A stretch of 64,000 nt of DNA from Scenedesmus sp. PABB004 (GCA_014905635.1 CM026547.1:434001-498000); one strand, 5' to 3'; shown: positions 22,857 to 35,636, numbered from the stretch's first letter. Notes: a model not told the origin generated them from the sequence alone. Made by a program: numbers and translations.

Positions 22857-24864
22857 TCAGAGCTCGTCCCTGCCACCGCCGCCGCCACCGGCGCCGGCAG
22901 CGCTGCAGGCGGCCAGGCGCTCCTCGCGCTGGCTGAGCTGCCGCTCCAGCGTCCGCACGCGGTCGAGCAGCCGCCCAGCGCGCCGGTGCTGGTGCTTGGC
23001 CCACAGCAGGGCCACGCCCGTGCCGCCAGAGAGCAGCAGCAGGAGCACCAGCAGCAGTTTGAGCAGCGGCGCGGCCTGGCTCGCGCCACCGCCGGCGGCG
23101 GCGGCCGGCTCGCGCGGCACGACCGCCACGTCGCCCTGCGAGGCTTCGTCTGCCCCCGCGGCGCCCGGCTCGTGCGCTGCTGCCGCGGCTGCCGCTGCAG
23201 GCGCAGCGCCCTCAACCTCGTCGGTGCGGGGCGCCTGCTCCAGCGCCGTGCCGCTGCCTGCGAGGGACGTGGCGGCTGCGCCTGCAGCCGCAGCCGGCGA
23301 CTCGCTGCGCCCGCGCTTGCCGCCCGCCGAGCTGCCCCCGCGGCCGGCGCCCAGGGCGGCGCCAGCGGCAGCACCGACGGCGCCAGCGGCGACACTGACG
23401 GCGCCAGCGGCAGCAACGGCGGCGCCGAGCGGCGCTGGCCACTCTGCGCCGCTGACGGCGGCAAAGCTGGGGGACAGCAGTCCGCTCGCTGCAGCGTCGA
23501 GCTCAGCAACAAACTGAGCCGGCGCCGCGTTGCACACGGCCGCCGCTGTCGGGGTGGACGCGATGCTGCTGCCGCCCGGCGTGTCCGAGCCGCGGCTGGC
23601 CGCGCCGCGGGCCACGACGATGGGCGGCGGCGGCAGCACGCCGCCGCCCGCCGCCGCCGCGTCTGCCGCTGCCCGGGCGGCGGCCTTGGCGGCCGCCGCC
23701 CGGGCGCGCTGCCGCGACAGCGCCTCAAAGCCGCGTATCGTTGACTTGACCGGCGGCCGCGCCTCGTTGCTGCTCGGCTGCAGCGCCGCGCCGCTGCTCG
23801 TCGGCGAGCCGGGCGCGTCCACCGCGCTGGTGCTGCCGCTGCTGCTGGCGCCGTCGAGGCGCGCGTCGACGGAGGGCGCGGCGCGGCCGCCGCCGCCCAG
23901 CAGGCTGCGCAGCTTCGCGGCGCCGCTGGCAGCGATGGCCTTGTGCTTTTTGCGCCGCTGCTCCTGCGCGCGCAGCGTGGTGCTGCTGTCGCTGCTTGCC
24001 GCTGCGGCCGCGGTGCCGCCGGGGTCGCCGCCCGGGTCGCCGCCGGCGCGGGCGTCTGCGCGGTGCGCCGGCGCAGGCGGCGCCGCGCCCGGCGGCGCGC
24101 CCGCGTCGCTGGCCAGCCCCGACCCCGACGCGCGCTGGCGCTGGATCTGAAGCTTGGCGTGGTCGCGCTCGCTCTCCGCCCGGCGCAGCAGCCCCTGCAG
24201 CTGCTCCAGCAGCGCGGCGACCTGCGCGGCGCGAGCGCGCGCGCGCGCGCGTGGGCGGGCGCGCGCGGGCGGGCGGGCGCCGGGCGGCCGAGCCGCCGCT
24301 GCGCGCGCCGGGCGCCGCGCCGCGCCGCCGCGCCTGGCTGGCCGAGGCCTGGCTCTCCCGGTTGCGCGCCTCGCTCGCGTGCAGCGCCTCGGTCGTGGCC
24401 AAGAGCCGGTCCACCAGCGCGTCGCGCTCCTCCTCCAGCAGCGAGATGCGAAACTCGAGCGGCGCCTGGAACTCAGCGAGCTCCGCGTCGCTCAGCAGCT
24501 CGCCGTCGACGCCCTGCCAGGCGCCGCCCCCGAGCTCCGCGCCGCCGCCGTCGCCACCCGCCGCGTCGGCCGGCGGCGGGCCGTCGGCCAGCGCCGCCGC
24601 GCCCGGCGGCGCGGCGTCGCCGAGCGGCGCGGAGGGCGCGCGCTGGGCGGCTGCCGCCGCCCGGCCGCTGCCCCCGTCGCCGCCCGGCTCGCTCGCGCGC
24701 CGCAGCGCCGCGCGCGGGCGCGCGAGGTCGCTGCTGAGCTCTAGGGGCAGCAGCGCCACGCCGAACGCTTCAGCCAGATCACGCACCGCCGCGTGGGCTG
24801 CAGCGCGGTCCTTGCCGTGCGTGGGCGTGGACGCGCGCGCCAGGGGCGGCAGCGGCGCCGCCAT
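22857..24864 (-). CDS. Coiled-coil protein with a TM helix near the C-terminus and terminal RDEL; 2 exons (GC-AG intron)
   Basis: LEFRISLLEEERDALVDRL coiled coil; LLLVLLLLLSGGTGVALLW TM; ends GRDEL*; TGTAA at 22699-22703. Confidence 0.7.
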
Positions 24865-25385
24865 GGCTGCTGCGGCCGCTGGGGCCTGCCGCTGCCGCTG
24901 GGCCTGGCTGCTGCGGCAGCAGCCAGGCGCCGCGCCCGCGGCGGCGGGCGGCCAACAACGGCGGCGGCGGCGCTGCGCGCGCGCGCGCGCGCCGCTCGCC
25001 GCGCCGCTCGCTGCAGGGCCCGCAGCGGCTGGCTGCCTGCCCTGCGAGCGGTGCCGGGCGGCCCGGCTGCCTGCCGGTGTGGAGGGGCCGACAGCAGCAA
25101 GGCCGCTGCTGCTGCGCCCGGGCGGCGCGGAATGGCGCGCGCGATGGCCGATACCCCGTTTAGAGCGGCGGAGGAACTGTGGGGGAGCGCAGCGGTGATT
25201 GAGGCCCTGAACCGCGCGACTGGCAGGGCAATCGCCGGCCACGTCCCCGCGCGCCGCCCGCGACGCCAATTCGCGGCCCGCTGCGCCGGTTGGCCCAGAG
25301 CGTCAGTGTTGTGACGCCACCGCCTGGCGCGCTCCTCCCTCCTCGCCGGCGGCAGCAGCAGCAGCACCACACCAGGGGCCGCTCC

Positions 25386-27420
25386 ATGGCCACGCGCCTC
25401 CAGCGGCCGGCGTGTCCCGGCTGCAGCGCCCCTGCACCAGCAGCAGCCAGCACGCGCCGCAGCCGGCGGCCGCGCGTCGCCGCGATGGCGGCGGCCGGCG
25501 CGGCGCAGCAGCAGCCGGCGGCCGCGCCGCCGGGCGGCGCGCCGCCCGCGCCGACGGCCTTCCTGCGCAAGCACCTGCTCCAGCTCGCGCCCTACACGCC
25601 CATCGAGCCGTTCGAGATCCTCTCGGCGCGCTACGGGCGCGCGCCGGGGGACATCGTGAAGCTCGACGCCAACGAAAACCCCTACGGCCCGCCGCCCGAG
25701 GTGCGCGAGGCGCTCGCGGCGATGCCCTTCCCCCACATCTACCCCGACCCGGAGACGCGCCGCCTGCGCGCCGCGCTCGCGGAGTGGACGGGCGTGCCGA
25801 TGGAGCACCTGCTGGTGCGGCGGCGGGCGCCTGCGCGCGGCGGCGCACGCACGCGGCAGCGGCGCGCGCCGCACACGCGCCGCACACGCGCCCGCACGCG
25901 CCGCCGCGCCCGGCAGCGCCCCCGCGCTGCCCCCACGCCGCCGCCGCCGTTGGCACGGCAGGTCGGCTGCGGCGCGGACGAGCTGATCGACCTGCTGATG
26001 CGCTGCACGCTGGAGCCGGGCGACGCGATCGTGGACTGCCCGCCCACGTTCACGATGTATGCGTTTGACGCCGCCGTCAACGACGCGCGCGTCGTCACCG
26101 TGCCGCGGCTGCCGGGCTTTGCGACCGACGTGGAGGGCATCCGGTGCGCCGCCGCCGGGGGCCGCTGCGCGCTGCCGCGCGCGGGCTGGGAGGCGGCCGC
26201 GGCCCGGGCGCAGCAGGCGCAGCGCGGCGCGCGGCGCGCCCCGGCGGCGGGCCGCGGGCGGCGCGCTGCCGCTCACGCGCCGGGGCTGGCTCTCGCAGGC
26301 GCGCCGTCGCGGAGCACGCGCCCAAGATTGTGTTTCTGACCAGCCCCAACAACCCCGACGGCAGCGTCATCAGCGACGCCGACCTGCGCGCGGGTGCGCA
26401 CGCACACACACACACACGCACGCGCCGCGGCCGGCGGGGCGGCGGCCGCCCGCGCACCGGACGCGGCCGCCCAGCCCGCGGCGGGGACGGGCGCGCCCCC
26501 TTCTCTCTCTCTCTCTCTCTCTCCCCGCCCGCGCGCCGTCGCACACGCCTCACGCACGCGGCCCGCCCGCCTGACCGCCCCGCCGCCGCCCGCCCGCCCG
26601 CCCGCCCCCGCGCAGTGCTGGCGCTGCCGGTGCTGGTCGTGCTGGACGAGGCGTACATCGAGTTTGCGACCGACCTGCCCTCCCGCATGGCCTGGGTCGC
26701 GGAGCACCCCAACCTCGTCGTGCTGCGCACGTTCAGCAAGTGCGCCGCGCTCGCGGGGCTGCGCGTGGGGTACGGCGCGTTCCCGCTGGGAATGATCGAG
26801 TACCTCTGGCGCGCAAAGCAGCCGTACAACGTCTCCGTCGCGGCGGAGGTGACGCGGCGGCGCGGCGCGGCGATGCTGGTCGCGGGCGCGGCGGCGCGGC
26901 GGGCGCGCGCGCGCGCGGCGCTGACCCGCGGCCGCGCGCCGCCGGCGGGCGCGCCGCAGGTCGCGGCGTGCGCGGCGCTGACCAACCAGGGCTACCTGGA
27001 CACGGTGCGCGACGCGCTGCTCGCGGAGCGCGCGCGGCTGTTTGCCGCGCTGAGCGGCGTGCCCTGGCTGGAGCCGTTCCCCTCAAACGCCAACTTCATA
27101 CTCTGCAAGGTCGACCAGGTGCGGCGCCCGGGCGCACGCCCAGGCGGCGCGGGCCGCGTCGGCGCCGTGCCGGCGCCGCGCGCGGTCGACGTCTTGGCCC
27201 CCGGCCGCAGCGGCGCCGCCGCCGCGCGGGCGCCGCCCCGGCCCCGACGCGCCGCGCGGCGCCGCAGGGGCGCGACGCCAAGGAGGTCAAGGACGCGCTC
27301 GCGCGGTCGGGCATCATGGTGCGCCACTACGCCAAGGCCGAGCTCTCGGGCTACATCCGCATCAGCGTGGGCAAGCCGGAGCACACCGACGCGCTGATGG
27401 CGGCGATCAACGCGCTGTGA
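25386..27420 (+). CDS. hisC: Histidinol-phosphate aminotransferase (HisC/HISN6), chloroplast, 6 exons
   Basis: [51 protein letters not shown] (PLP lysine), IRISVG. Confidence 0.96.
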
Positions 27421-27603
27421 GGGGCCGGCGCGGGTGTGTCGCCGCTCATTTGACCTCGGCCCTGACCTGGCGCCGGCCTGGCCGGCGGGCGCGAACGTGC
27501 ACACGTGGCTGCTCGCGCGCGCGCGCATGCGCGGCGGCGCGGGCGGCGGCGTGCGCAGGCGCGCGCGGCAACGGCTCGTCACCGCGACGGCGCCCCCGCG
27601 CGC

Positions 27604-30144
27604 TCACGCGGCGAGGCGCTGCATCAGCGCTGCGTTCGCCGCCAGCATCTGCTCCACCGCCGCCTGCCGCGCCGCCGCGTCGCCGGCCGCCGTCCCCAGC
27701 GCCGCCAGCCCGCCCCCGCCGCGCCAGCCGCCGCTGCCGCGCAGCGACGTGGCAGCCAGGCTGCTGCGCACGCTGCAGCCACCGGCGCTGCTGCCGCCCA
27801 GGCCGTCGCCGCAGCCGGTGCCCCACTGCCGCCGCGCGTGGGGCGCGGCAGCCCAGGGCGGCGCCAGCTCGGCCGCCTCGGCCGCTGCCGCGGCGGCCGC
27901 CTCCGCTGCCGCAGCAGCCTCTGCCTCCGCGGCCGCCGCTTCGGCCTCCGCGCCCGCCGCTTCGGCCAGCGCGGCCGCCTCGGCGCCCGCCGCCGCCTCG
28001 GCGTCCGGCGGCAGGCGCTGTCCGCTGCCCCAGCCGCAGATGGCGGCCATGCGGGCGGAGCTGCGCAGCTCGGCAGCCACCAGCGCCTGCGCGGCGCGGG
28101 GGCGGCGCTCGGGCGGCGCCGCGGCGCGCGCCATGCCGCCGCGCGCGGCGCCCGGACCCCACGCGCACCTGCTGGCGCAGCGCCGCCGCGCGCTCCGCGG
28201 GGCTGGTCGCCGCCCAGGCCGCAAACTCCAGCGCCGCCTGCACGTAGCCCTCCACGCCCACGGGGTTGCGCGGCACGACCTCGCGCCGGCTGCCGTCCGG
28301 CAGCACGAGCGCCGCGACGCCGCGGTCGGGCGCGAGGGTGAGGAGGGTGCGGTCAGCAAACACGACGCGCACGCGGCCGTCTGCGTGAGCGATGAAGCGC
28401 CCAACGCCGGGGACGTCCTGCGTCTCCACCTCCTCCGTGCCAGTGCTGCCCGCGCCGGCGCCGGCGCCGGCGGCCCGCAGCGCCAGCGCGCGGCATGCGG
28501 CGGCCGCGGGCGCGCGCCCGCCCGGCGCGGCGGCGGCGCCCGCGGCGGCGTCGAGACGCGCGCACTTCGCCCGCACCATCGCGCTCCTCAGCGCGAGCGC
28601 CTGCGACGCGACCTGGCCGATGGGGAGCTTGACGCCGCCGCGCCCCGCGCCCGCCGACGCCACCGGCAGCTCCGGCAGCGCGCTGGCGGCAAACACGCGG
28701 CTCATCGCGCTCGCGTCGATGGTCCCGTCCAGCAGCCCGAGCGCGTCGCCGCCGCCGCCGCCGCCGCCTTCCGCGGCCGGCCCGCCCACGCCGGCCGCCG
28801 GCGCGCGCGTCTGCAGGTGCGTGACAAACGCGCCGGCCTGGAAGCTGTACAGGCAGGAGTCGTCGGCGTGCAGCCACACCTCCACCTCCTCCACCTCCTG
28901 CGGCGCACGCGCGGCGGCGCGGGTCGCCACGGGCGGGCGGCAACCAACGGCGCCGCAGCTGCCGGCAACTGAGCCGGTGCGCAGCGCTGCCGCCGCCGCC
29001 GCGGGCGCACCCGCACGAAGATGGTGGTCGCTTCGCGCGTCCACACCATCTGCAGCAGCTCGTCCGACGGCGGCAGCAGCGACGGCTCAAACCACCAGCC
29101 GCGCCCCAAGCCCGCACTGCCGCCGCCCGCGGAAGAGGGCCGCTGCCCCAGCGCCTGCGCCAGCGCAGCGGCGACGCGGCCGCCGGCGGCGGGCCCCGGC
29201 GCCGGCGGTGGCTGCTCCGGCGGCAGCCGGCCGCCGAGCTGCCGCCACTGCTGCTGCACGTGCGTGGGCAGCGTCTCCAGCAGCTCGCCGCTGATCGGCA
29301 GCTGCGTGGCGCACTCCGCGGCGCTCATGCCTCCCTCCGGCGCCAGCTCCTGCGCCAGCTGCTGCTCCGGCAGCACCAGCGCGCCGAGCCGCGCGGGCGA
29401 CGACGGCGGGCTGCCGGCGCCCCCGGCGCCGTCGCCCGCGGGCTGCTGCCAGCCGCGGTGCTGGCGCTGCAGCGGGCTGCCGAAGCGCCGCGGGCTGCCG
29501 CCGGCCGCGGCCGTGTCGCCGCGCGGCCAGGCCTGCGCCGCGGGGCCGGCCCCCGGCGCCGCGAGCGCCGCCGCGAGGGCGAGCGGCGCCGCCCAGCGGG
29601 GCGGGAACTGGCTGCGCGAGAAGACCTGCGTGTGCCAGGAGTAGGTGTAGGTGCCCGCGCCCGCGTCGTGGTGGAGCAGCAGCGGGTATGTGACCGCGAA
29701 GCGCAGCCCCGCCTGCTCCAGCACGAGCCGCGCCGCGCCGCAGCTGCTGCGCAGCGCGAGCCGGCAGCCGTCGGGCAGGCGCTCCGCCAGGCCGGCGGCG
29801 AGCGCGGCGCGCGGGCTGCGCGGCCACGTGGCCGCCAGCAGCGGGTAGCCCAGCGTCGCGAGGCCGCCGGCGGCGCGGGCCGCGGCGGCCGCGTGCGCCG
29901 GCAGGCGCGGCACGTCGACGTGGCGGTTCCTGAACTCCAGGAGCTCCACCAGCGCCGGCGCAAAGGCGCTGAGGCAGCAGGCGGACAGCTGCGTCGTGCG
30001 CGTGCGCGGCGGCGCGGCGCCGACGTGCGTGAAGCTGTCCGCGCCCGCGCTGAGCACCAGCAGGCTGTTGTCGTCGTAGAGGGCCTTGACGGCGCCGTCG
30101 ACGGCCACCCAGATGCGCTCCAGGCGCGGCGGCGGCGCCGCCAT
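27604..30144 (-). CDS. C5orf34-like protein (DUF4524/DUF4520-type domains), 3 exons
   Basis: N-terminal DGAVKALYDDNSLLVLS...LLEFRN and C-terminal VPGVGRFIAHADGRVRVVFADRTLLTL resemble metazoan C5orf34. Confidence 0.68.
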
Positions 30145-30764
30145 CGCGCCCGGCGAGCGAGCTCCGCTGCTCGCGCGCGCGCCGCTCAACAACGCGCCGC
30201 CGGGCGGCCCCGCGCCGAGGCGTGGGCAGCGTGACAACGTGCGGGCGGGCTGTTGGCGCTGCGGAGCGCAGGTGCGGGGCGCTCACGGCTCGCCCGGCCG
30301 GTTGCCGCCCCCGCGGCGCCGCCGCCGGGCGCGCCCCGCCAGGTGCTGTCCTCTGCTGCTGGGAGGTGGCGCGTGTGGCGCGGGGGGTGCCATAGCAGAG
30401 GGCCCTGCTCGATGCGCGCTGCCGTTTTCGTCGCCGCAAACCCGCCGGCCGTGACGTCGCCGGCCGGCCGGCGCACGCGCGTGCGTCGGCGTCGCGCCCA
30501 CCCCCACATCCCGCCCGCCCTGCCTGCTGTCCGACCGATCGCCCGCAGCCCTCGCGCGCACGCGCACGCGCCGCCGCTGCCGCCGCCGCCGCCCGACGGC
30601 CGCCACCGCGCCGGCAACCGCTGCAACCACCGCCTCAGGCGTGCGCGGGGCGCGCCGCCGGCGTCGCCGGCCACCGCGCCGCCGCCCGCGCCGCCGCGCG
30701 CCGCCGCCCGCGCCGCCGGCCCGGGCCCACGCGCGCTGCCCTGCGCGCGCGCAGGCCACGCGCG

Positions 30765-33355
30765 ATGGCGCCGCGGCCCGACTTTGTGTTTGAGGCCCCC
30801 GTGCCCGAGGCCGCGCTGTCGTCGCCGCGGGAGCTCATCAAGGCCTCCCTCTTCGAGGGCAAGCTGCGACTGACCATCGCGGGCGACACGCAGTGAGCCC
30901 CGGCGCTGGCTCGGCCCCCGCCACGCGCCCTCGCGGCCGCCGCTCAATCCTGCTGCGCTCGACCCCTCCTGCCCCCGCGCAGGGAGGTGGCGCTGCCGGA
31001 GGACGCGTTCGTCGACGACGCCTCGGCGCGGCTCGCGGGCCGCACGCTCACCGTGCGCGTGGCGCGGCGCGACCCGCAGGGCCCCGCGATGCAGGCGCGC
31101 ACGCGTTGTGCGCGCTGCCGCGCAGCGCCTGCGCGCCGCGCGTGCGCCGCGCCTGCGCCGCGCTCGGCAGCCGTGGGCGGACGGGGCGCCGCCGAACCGC
31201 CGCACCGCCGCGCGGTCGCTCCCGCGCTGACGCCGACCCCTCCAGGAGAAGCGGCTGTTCAACCCGGACCGCCACCCCGTCGAGCTGGACGTGGCGCTGC
31301 CCAAGGAGCTGATCAACAAGCTGCCCAAGTGCGACCGCGCCACCGGGGGCCGCCGCCGTGCCGACCGCCGCCGCGCCGACCGCACCGCGACGTCGGCCGC
31401 GCCGCGGCGCCACGCGGCGCAGGTCGCCGCTGAGCCCGGCGCACGCGGACAAGACGCCCGCGCAGACGAGCGCGGGCGAGTTCAGCGACTCGCTCATCCA
31501 GGTGCGGCGGCGGCGCCGCGTGCCTGTGCACGCCGGCACACGCATGCGCGTGCGCACGCGCGTCGCCTCGCGCCCACGCGCGCCGCCCGTGCTCGCCGAC
31601 GCCCCACCGCGCACGCTGTGCGGGGCGCACCCGCGCCCGCGCGCGTGCCGCAGGGCGGCCCCGCGGCGGCGTACAAGATGCCGGCGGTCAACCTCGGCAG
31701 CAGCATCGTCACCGCGATGCCGGTGCTGGTCAACCAGGCGCGCGACCGCTGCCGCCGCTGCCGCTGCTCCTGCTGTTGCAGCCCAGCCCGCCGACCGCTG
31801 GCCGCTCCGCCGCCGTCGCCCGCCGCCGCGCGCGTGCGCAGGGCGGCGCCATGGACACGGTGAGCCAGGGCGAGACGGTGACGCGCGTGCCGGGCTCCAC
31901 CGACGTCCGCCACCTCACGGGCCTGGTCGAGTCCCCCGGCGGCGCGCCGCCGAGCGCGGAGGAGCTCGCGTGCCGCCTGCGCGACACCGCGGTGCGCCGG
32001 CGGCGGCGCCACGCCCGCGCGTGCACAGGCTGCACGCGTCCGGCGGCCGGCCGCGGGCGCCGAGCGCTCCGCGCCGCGCAGGTGCACGACCTGCCACCGC
32101 CCGGCGCGAGCGTGGAGCAGGGCGCCAGGCCGTTTGAGACCGAGGCGACCTACGACGAGGCGGCGGCCGCGCCCGCGCGCCCCGGCGCGGCGCCCGCGCC
32201 CGCGGGCGACGACGACGAGGCGCGCGCGCTCGCGACCGGCGCGCGCGGCGAGAAGGTCAGGTGAGGCGGGCTGCACGCGCGCCGGGGAGCGCTGGCGGGC
32301 CAGCCCTGCACGCGCACCGCCGCCGCGGCACGCGCGACCACCCCGCGCCGCATGGCCGTGCCTGCAGGTCCGACTATGTCGGCGCCGGCCCCAAGGTCGG
32401 CATGGAGTACGTCGAGCGCACCGCCGCGGCCGCGTACGTCGGCTCCGTGACGGGTGCGGCGGCGCCACCGGCCCTGCCAGGGCGCCGCGCCGTGCCCTGC
32501 GCTGCCGCCGCGAGCGCCGCGGCGCGGCGGCCCGCGTGCGCAGGCGCGGAGCCCATCAGCTCGCTCAAGACGCCCGGCGCGGCGCTGTGCGACCTCTGCG
32601 GCTGCGCGCCCTGCCAGTGCCACCACATGAGGCGCACCGGCGGCGCCGGCAACAACCCGTACGAGGTGCGGCGGTGGGGGCAGATGCGGCAGAGGCAGGC
32701 GCTCCGCACGGCACGCCGCACGCCAGGGCGCTGCCGCAGCGCTGCCCGGCGGCCGCGCGCCGACGCCGCGGCCGCCCTCCCCCTCCTGCAGCTGACCGCG
32801 CCGGAGACCAAGCGCGGCGGCAAGCCGGCCATCCACAGCCACGCACACGCAGTCACCGGCACGCGCGGCCACGCCAAGCAGGCGCGGCCGCGCGCGGGCC
32901 GGGCGGCACCGGCCAGCCGGTGGGGGGCCGGCGCGCGCGAGCTGAGCTGGCTGCCTGCGCCGCCCGCCGCAGTTTGACCCGCACCACGTGGGCGTCGGCG
33001 CGCGCCTGGCCGACTTCAAGGGCAACGTGCCGGGTGCGCGGCGGGCGGCGCGCTGGCGCGCTGCGCCGGGCGTGCCCGCGCGCCTGCGGTGGCGGCGGCC
33101 GACCCCGAGCGCCCGCGCCGCTGCTTGCTTGCCGCGGCGTCGCGCCGCGCCGCGCCCGCAGAGGGCCACGGCGACGCCGGCGACCCGCGCGACGTCGGCG
33201 CGGCGCACGCGGCGCACGGCGCGCACGGCGCGACGCACGCCGGCGGCGCGCCGATCGAGATGGGCGGCCCCGGCAAGCGCCACGGCTCGGAGGCCGCGAG
33301 CGGCGCGCGCACCGCGGGCGGGCACAAGACGACCTTCCCCGGCGCGCTCGGCTGA
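30765..33355 (+). CDS. 12-exon protein with an N-terminal HSP20/alpha-crystallin-like domain, a CxxCxCxxCxC cluster and a His/Gly-rich tail
   Basis: All 11 introns splice in frame (3 GC donors); IKASLFEGKLRLTI..EVALPEDAFVDDASARLAGRTLTVRV resembles ACD strands; CDLCGCAPCQC. Confidence 0.7.
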
Positions 33356-34096
33356 GCCCGCGGCGCGCGAGTGAGGGTGGACCGAGGCGGCGCGCGGCGT
33401 GCGCGCAGTGGGAGGCGTGCGGGGGGCCGGGCCACGCGTTGCGCTGCAGGCCGCTGCGTGTTGTGTGTGCGAGCCCCCGTGTTGTGCGGAGTTGCGCAGG
33501 GCAACCGGCAGGGGCTGTCGCTCCAGCGGCGAGGCGCCGCCGGCAGCGCGCGCTGCGCTGGCGGCGGGCGCGGCGGGGGCACAGCGCGGGCAGCGCTGGT
33601 GCCGGCAGCAGCGTTGCGAGTGCGTCCGCTGATCGCCGAGCGCCAAGGGCGCCCCTCCGCACGGCAGCAGGGTGCGCTCGCGGGCGCGCGCCAGCTGCTG
33701 GCTGCCTGCGTGGACGGCGCGCGTCGCGAGCGCTTGCGGCATTGCCGTGGAGGCGAACGCGGCCCATCCGGCAGTGCGGGGTCGCGCGTAGAGTGCGCCA
33801 GGGCCACAATAACACCGCGGGTGCATCATGAGGGAAGGCTGGCAACGCAGGGCGGCGCGGCGCGGGCGCGCGAGACCAGCCGGGGCGGCGCTGGCCGCCC
33901 GGCGTGCTGCGGGTGGCTGCGGCCGCGCAGCGCCTTGGCCGCGCTCGCGCCTCAATCTGCGGGTGGCGTGCGGCGTGCTGCGTCGGGCGGCCGCGGGCGC
34001 TGCGCGGCCAGGATGGGGTCCACGGGGGTTCACGGGTGGAGGTGTTGAAAAACACCATTTTGGGCTGCTCACTGCAATGGCCGCGGCTCGGGCTGC

Positions 34097-35636
34097 TCAC
34101 TGCACCCAGGGAGGGGCGGCGAGGGCGACCGGCGCAAAATGCTGGGTCAGGATGTGCGGCGACACCCCGGGCCGGAGGGGCATGCGCAGCGCGCCGGGCG
34201 CCGCCAGCTCCAGCGCCTGCTGCTGGTTGTTAATCGTGATGGCCGCCAGCAGGTTGTTGGCGCGGTCGCACAGGCAGAGGCCGTGGACCAGGTAGTGCCG
34301 CCAGCGGCTGGCAAGCACCGCGAACGGGTTGTCAAAGGTGCGCTGGCCGCCCCCAGGTCCCGTGCCGCTGCTGGGGAACCGCAGCCGCTGCTGCGGGGTC
34401 ACCAGGGCCTCCACGGCCTCTCGTTGCGCCGGCTGCTGGAAGGCCGCGGTCCAGCTCCGGAGGGTGAAGTCCAGCGCGCTGCCAGCGCCCCAGCTCAGGC
34501 TCTGGTGCTCGCTGGGCTGGCCCGGGCGCATGCCGAACCAGCAGTAGCCCAACGCCATGAGCTTGTAGCCCTTGCGCAGGCAGCAGCCGGGCAGCACGAT
34601 GCCCTCGAGGAACTCGGCGGTGCCCCCGTGGCGGGTGACGTACGCCGTCCCGGCCGCGTCGTCGGCGCGCCAGCCCAGCAGCTCCTTGAAGAGCACCCAA
34701 CCGACGGCGGGCACGTTGCTGGTGGTGAAGTCGGGGATGAGCGCAGAGGAGCGGGCCCGGTGCTGCGGCCGGGTGACGTGCCTGTGGTCAAACTTCACGC
34801 AGCCATCGCCGTCCCAGAGGCCGGCGATGAGCAGCCGCAGCGTGAGGCAGACCGGGGGCCCAATGTCCATGATGGGAGCGGCCAGGATGGCGCTCAGGAT
34901 GGGGTTGTAGGCCAGGATGGCGTCGACGCGGGTCCGCATCATCTCAATCTGCGGCCCCTCGTCGACGTCGCCCCAGTCGTCCACAATGAACATATCCGGC
35001 AGCTGCGGCACCGCCTCGTCCGGCATCGCCACAAAGCCCTGCGCCGCGCCGGCGACCATCGCCAGGGACAACAGCTTGGGCCCGATGGTTGGCGCGAGCG
35101 GCAGCAGCTCCTGCGCCACCCACACGGCGGCCGCGCCGTACGCGACCAGCGCGTGGGGGTGCTCGCCGTTGTTGAACAGACCCACGTTGACGAGGTGGTC
35201 GTGCGGCACCTCCACCACGACAAACAGGTTGGGGTCGGCGGCCCACGGCGGCGCGTAGGCGAGCAGCCGCAGCCGCAGCTCGGCCAAGAAGGTTTGGGCG
35301 CTCTGCGCAGGAGCGGGGCGCCCTCAGCGCCGCCCGGTCCGCCACCCCGCGCCCGCGCGCGCGCCCGCGCGCGCGCGCGCCCGCCGCGCGCGGCTGACCG
35401 CGCCGCCGCACCTGGCTGAAAACCACCATGTTGCCAGCCAGCCAGCCCTCATGCCAAGCCGAGCCGTCGGCGGCCCAAAAGGCAGCCGCGTGCAGGAAGA
35501 AGCAGGACCTCAAGAGCACAGGCCAGAAAGCCTCGGGGTAGCCGTGCGCAGCAAAGCACTCCTGCAGTTTGTTGAACCAACCCGCAGACTCCACGGAGGT
35601 GTTGGCAATGCTGTCGGGGGTCAACTGCGCTGCCAT
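34097..35636 (-). CDS. Putative single-motif LAGLIDADG endonuclease-domain protein (476 aa), exons 35636-35412 and 35302-34097
   Basis: Phase-0 GT-AG intron joins ...[16 protein letters not shown]...; [15 protein letters not shown]...FTTSN...LFKELLG...[15 protein letters not shown] follows the I-CreI pattern; lower GC than neighbours. Confidence 0.72.
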
